From the NCBI GenBank assembly GCA_047495785.1, contig JBLDXI010000024.1, positions 1,364,001 to 1,428,000 of the forward strand: 64,000 nucleotides of DNA, in the 5' to 3' direction. Both the position numbers and the translations under genes were made by a program. Origin of the DNA: Lepidodermella squamata. Lineage: Eukaryota; Animalia; Gastrotricha. How positions within the stretch are numbered: the first letter of the stretch is position 1; every line of letters begins with the position of its first letter. A model generated the notes under the pieces. It was not told where the DNA came from, did not search any database, and saw only the letters and a list, made by a program, of their open reading frames with translations. Below are positions 60,271-64,000 of this stretch, piece after piece.

Positions 60271-61761
60271 TTAAGAATCAACAATTACGTCACGCGTTCG
60301 TGTGATCTTAAAAAATTTGAATTTTAAGGCAATTTTAATTTTATGAAAAAAGATGATACCTCAAAAACTGAATCAGTTTCAGTTAATACTAACAGCTGAG
60401 TAACAATTGTTGTTTGAACAGCAAAACTCAACTCTACTCTGCAGGTACCTGTGCGTATAACTGAGTAATTTTGCAACGAGGAGTTGCGCGATAAATCGAA
60501 ACCAAAAATTGTGAAGCCATTAATAAACTGATCCATAGTTAACGTAGATGCCTTGAAAGGGTTATCTGGGTTGATAGCATTGAGAAGCTCCAAATAGACT
60601 CTGGTGACATCTCCATTTGCAAAATCCATTTCCAAGGGAGCTGTTGAGTGATGTAGTTCATTGCCCAAATAAATCGATATTCGGGATAGCTGGCTGTGTA
60701 ATGCATTCAATGGATTTTTACCCGCCGTTCCATTCAGGGCGGAATCTTCAAAAAAACAGAAAAACATACGCCTTGGAAGCTTACCATTAATACATTGTGG
60801 TATCTGTTAAACCATTAGAGTTTTAAAAATTGACTTAGAAACGCGCGATGAGCAAACTTACACTGTAACTCAAAACACTACTTGGTATGTGAAAAAGCCT
60901 TGTTCGAACTCTCATTATAGGATATTTGGCGTTAGTTTTTTCCAGCGCACGCGTATGAGCAATCACTATGTCCGGCGACACAACAACAGCCCGGGCAATA
61001 ATTTTTGCAGATTCAATGACGATTGAGTGAGGATCAGCTGTGCTCGGCCCAACCAAAGCAAAATTGTTAGATGCCCTATAGAGCTTGATGCGGACTTCAA
61101 CATTAGGTAGAAGTAGCCTATTACACAGCATAGGATCTGCAAACAGGCGTCCCAGGGTGCACACAGATTTCCCGCCCTGAACAATTTCCAACCGTTTTTT
61201 AAATCCCTCGTTTGAATTGTCAAAATTATCCAGTTTTTTAGCTGTATCAGGATACCAAAATTGTGTCTGTAATATCGTGTTTTTTGCATCAGTATTATGA
61301 GACAAAAGCGTTGAAATATAGGCCCGATAAGCGTATAATGAATTTTGTTCACTTAAAAGTTGCCCATTTAGTGAAATCTCGCATGTTTTGAACATTGTGT
61401 GGTGGGCTAAACAAAGCGGGGCTTTTTGTAAATTTGTAGCCGAAAGACTAGCCTTATACTCGTTGTATGCATCGTCAGCTTCGCCAGCATTTTTCTTCCG
61501 AGCTTCAGAAGGGGTTCTAACTACTTTCCACTTGAGCATCAGTTGCATGCGTGACAGACACAAATAATCATTGTACGGGCCGATTTGAAACTCAATCAGG
61601 TTCGGTGAACTATTAAGAGGGGCAATTGGGTAAACATCTATACTTATTTGGTTTTCTTCAGCAAGCTGTGAAGGCGGTACAGTAAATAAATCTAAATCTG
61701 AAGATAATACTATTGAAGAGGCTGAGGCTGGGTGAACAAAATTATCTCCAAAGCCTTCCAT
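60271..61761 (-). CDS. Major capsid protein (double jelly-roll, Polinton PY), 3 exons (introns 60804-60861, 60307-60359)
   Basis: SDLDLFTVPPSQ, IEFQI, YAYRAYISTLL, LLPNVEVRIKL, AKYPI, GKLPRR, NPLN, FGFDLS, terminal E|ITRTRDV. Confidence 0.9.
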
Positions 61762-61794
61762 TACAAATTTGAAGAATCAAACGCAGCAATGGGC

Positions 61795-62337
61795 TCAAGA
61801 CGCTTCAAATAGCACTGATTTAGTTGTTGCGCGTCTTTTCCTTTTATAAGCCTTTCTTTTTGTAGTAGAAGCACGGCGCCTACGTTTTGCAGTCACACTA
61901 CTAGTTTTACTAGGGCCACGACGACGGCGCCTTTTACGGCCACCTCCACCGCCTTGATGTTGCTTCAAAGCCGTTTCAGCAATATCCTTAGCCATGTTTA
62001 AGGCGCCTGAAGTGCCATGACGCTTAAGGGATTCGGTAAAACTAGGTCTAGCGCCCTCAGGTTGTTGCATATCACCTAATATTTTTTGGCCAGTAGATAA
62101 TGCTTGTTGAAAAATAGACGGAGCAATTACTGGGAAGAAATTTCTGAAAAAGGCACCTAATATATTTCCTATTCCCTGACCCCTATAATGATATGGAAAT
62201 TGAATTGTTGCCCCACGGAAATGGTCCAGGTTAGCACCCGCTCCAGCTCCATAGCCTGCTATCAGCGGGGAGGAGTGTTGGCGGAGAAAAAACTGCTGGT
62301 ACTTGTCAACGTTTTGGTTAGAATAAGCTAGGGGCAT
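61795..62337 (-). CDS. Polinton core-like protein (GxG-rich amphipathic N-terminus, Arg/Lys-rich tail)
   Basis: YRGQGIGNILGAFFRNFFP conserved-type motif; QGGGG followed by a protamine-like tail RKRRRR...KRKRR. Confidence 0.75.
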   Translation of the reverse strand: MPLAYSNQNVDKYQQFFLRQHSSPLIAGYGAGAGANLDHFRGATIQFPYHYRGQGIGNILGAFFRNFFPVIAPSIFQQALSTGQKILGDMQQPEGARPSFTESLKRHGTSGALNMAKDIAETALKQHQGGGGGRKRRRRRGPSKTSSVTAKRRRRASTTKRKAYKRKRRATTKSVLFEAS

Positions 62338-62375
62338 CTTCGGTAATATTAATAATTAGAACTCAGCCACTTATA

Positions 62376-63596
62376 TTAATATAAGGCTCCGGTTTTTCGG
62401 CGAATATGAAGTAGCAATACAACTTTGCTACCATCCACAAAATCGATCAATGCCCCGTTATCGCGGCGGATTTGAACTTGAATTGAATCTATAAAATTGG
62501 CTTTTAAAGGTAAATATAGGCCCGAGTTATAAATCACTGTAAAATGTGATGACAAGTCTGAATTTGCCGTAGCAGAAGCCATCGTAGAATAGGTTATCAT
62601 TCGAAGGAGGCTAGCTTGGCAATCTCCAACAAAAACATCCGCTGCAACTGAGCAGTAAATGAACAGTGAGTTATTGCCATAATTCAACTGAATGTTGTAT
62701 TGAGCTGTAGCACTTTCTTCATAGCATGCATAAATAAAGGCAGGCGGTAAATCATTATCTTTGGTGATTACTGTTTGCTCAGAAAAATCAAAGTGCTGTG
62801 CTGAATTTACGCCTTCTTGATTTTCTACCGCCGCTGTCTCATTATTTGCATCCTCCTTAAGTTTTGGTCTGCTAGAAAGCCTAACAATCCCAACTGAGTT
62901 GAATAAAATGTGTGGATTTTCACGAATTTGGTGGCTCATATTCCACGCATATGCCAAGGCATACGTTGACTTTATATCAAAAGTGGAAACTTCATTAAAT
63001 TCTGGCTCGTCATTTTTTGGGGCCTTGGGAAAAATGAAAACTCCAGACGGTGTATTCTGTTCTATTGGAGACACAAAACCTAAGAGGCCAGCAGAATCTG
63101 AAGGTATAAACATAGAATATGGCCATTTACAGGTAATTTTAGTTTTTTTGTTGACTGAATCATAATGAGCAAAAATAGAGCCATTACTACTTGAGATGGA
63201 TATTTTTTCATTAAAGTGATCGATTAGTTTGGTTATATTCGCAAAATATTCACCTCCGAAATTTACTTTGTTAATAAAGCCAGTTTCCCATGGATTGTTG
63301 AAACTTTTCATCCGATGTGGCAAAGAGCCAGGATTTGTTAAATAATTAGCAATAATGTCGTTTTTAAAAGATTTCAGCCAGTTACAATCAAGCACATAGA
63401 CTGTATGACGATCAATGCTACTCCACCTAACAGGAATTGTAGCCTCAAGTAGGGCTACTTCATAAGCACGGCAATCGGGTACGCAAATTGGGACAGGGAG
63501 AGCAACTTGATAATCCGACGGAGTATTCGCCGGATGTTGAGAATATGAGGCATTCGAGGGTAAATAAATAAAGAAGTCCTCCTGGATGCTAAGCAT
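62376..63596 (-). CDS. Minor capsid/penton protein (single jelly-roll, Polinton PX)
   Basis: FFIYLPSNAS..HPANTPSDYQVALP..YEVALLE at the N-terminus; LFIYCSV..VGD..LLR..YLPL..IDSIQVQIRRDNG..LLLHIRR at the C-terminus. Confidence 0.88.
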   Translation of the reverse strand: MLSIQEDFFIYLPSNASYSQHPANTPSDYQVALPVPICVPDCRAYEVALLEATIPVRWSSIDRHTVYVLDCNWLKSFKNDIIANYLTNPGSLPHRMKSFNNPWETGFINKVNFGGEYFANITKLIDHFNEKISISSSNGSIFAHYDSVNKKTKITCKWPYSMFIPSDSAGLLGFVSPIEQNTPSGVFIFPKAPKNDEPEFNEVSTFDIKSTYALAYAWNMSHQIRENPHILFNSVGIVRLSSRPKLKEDANNETAAVENQEGVNSAQHFDFSEQTVITKDNDLPPAFIYACYEESATAQYNIQLNYGNNSLFIYCSVAADVFVGDCQASLLRMITYSTMASATANSDLSSHFTVIYNSGLYLPLKANFIDSIQVQIRRDNGALIDFVDGSKVVLLLHIRRKTGALY

Positions 63597-63792
63597 TTGT
63601 TATGTTATCCTTATCTATCTTTTCTAAAGTAAGGATTGCGCTGTTGCCAAAAGGGGGGAGCTTAGTTTTGAATAAATAGTTTGAAATTTCTATAAGCCAA
63701 ACGGTTATTAGAAGGAAAAAAATGTAGGCCCCTACACGCACAGATGGCTTTTGTAGGAAAGCTAAGAGTGGAGTCGTAGGAACTCTATTCAT
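63589..63792 (-). CDS. Small single-TM Polinton protein
   Basis: 67 aa with hydrophobic VGAYIFFLLITVWLI; its ATG overlaps the integrase stop and its own stop overlaps the penton start. Confidence 0.55.
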   Translation of the reverse strand: MNRVPTTPLLAFLQKPSVRVGAYIFFLLITVWLIEISNYLFKTKLPPFGNSAILTLEKIDKDNITNA

Positions 63793-64000
63793 GAGGCCAA
63801 GGTTTTGATCTCGTTTGCATCAATCCAACTAGCGGCTTCAATCGGCCAGTTTTGCCATTTCACAAGAGCCTGTTTCTTGCCATTTATAGTGCGATGCTTC
63901 AGAACTTTTTCTATTAAATATGTTTCTTGCGGATGTGCTATCTGAAGCTGCCAATCGTAAAAACTACCTTGAATACGCTTATTCAGAGTATCACGGAGAT
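63789..64000 (-). CDS. Retroviral-like integrase, C-terminal chromodomain part (5' portion outside the window)
   Basis: LRDTLNKRIQGSFYDWQLQ...YLIEKVLKHRTINGKKQALVKWQNWPIEAASWI-stop, the typical Polinton integrase tail with a chromodomain. Confidence 0.85.
   Translation of the reverse strand, partial: LRDTLNKRIQGSFYDWQLQIAHPQETYLIEKVLKHRTINGKKQALVKWQNWPIEAASWIDANEIKTLAS

Larger units (their letters stand above)
49157..64000. mobile_element. Maverick/Polinton (adintovirus-like) endogenous element, from its left end to the integrase; continues beyond the window
   Basis: Starts with AGTAGT, a typical Polinton terminus, followed by subterminal tandem repeats; carries pPolB, A32-like ATPase, adenain protease, major and minor capsid genes and a chromo-integrase. 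Confidence 0.95.

Overview
AT-rich, compact eukaryotic (invertebrate metazoan-like) DNA with very short GT-AG introns (mostly about 50-60 nt). Gene models were spliced by eye; no database search was possible. The host region (1-49.1 kb) holds: two carbohydrate sulfotransferases (one intronless, one with 2 introns); a tandem minus-strand cluster of eight small signal-peptide genes, seven of which share a phase-1 intron; a 17-exon Cys-loop ion channel subunit with micro-exons; a cluster of intronless GABA-B-type class C GPCRs (5 intact, 2 disrupted, 1 inverted fragment); a UBE2L3-like E2 fused to a SOCS box; two paralogous N-myristoylated orphan proteins; and two MITE-like elements. From 49157 (terminal AGTAGT) to the window end lies a Maverick/Polinton virus-like element. 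It carries dUTPase, deoxynucleoside kinase, RING protein, PC4-like protein, protein-primed PolB, packaging ATPase, adenain protease, major and minor capsid proteins, a core-like protein and the chromodomain end of the integrase. The most striking observation is that its genes reconstruct as intact frames but carry about 17 host-sized spliceosomal introns (52-62 nt), several inside catalytic motifs.
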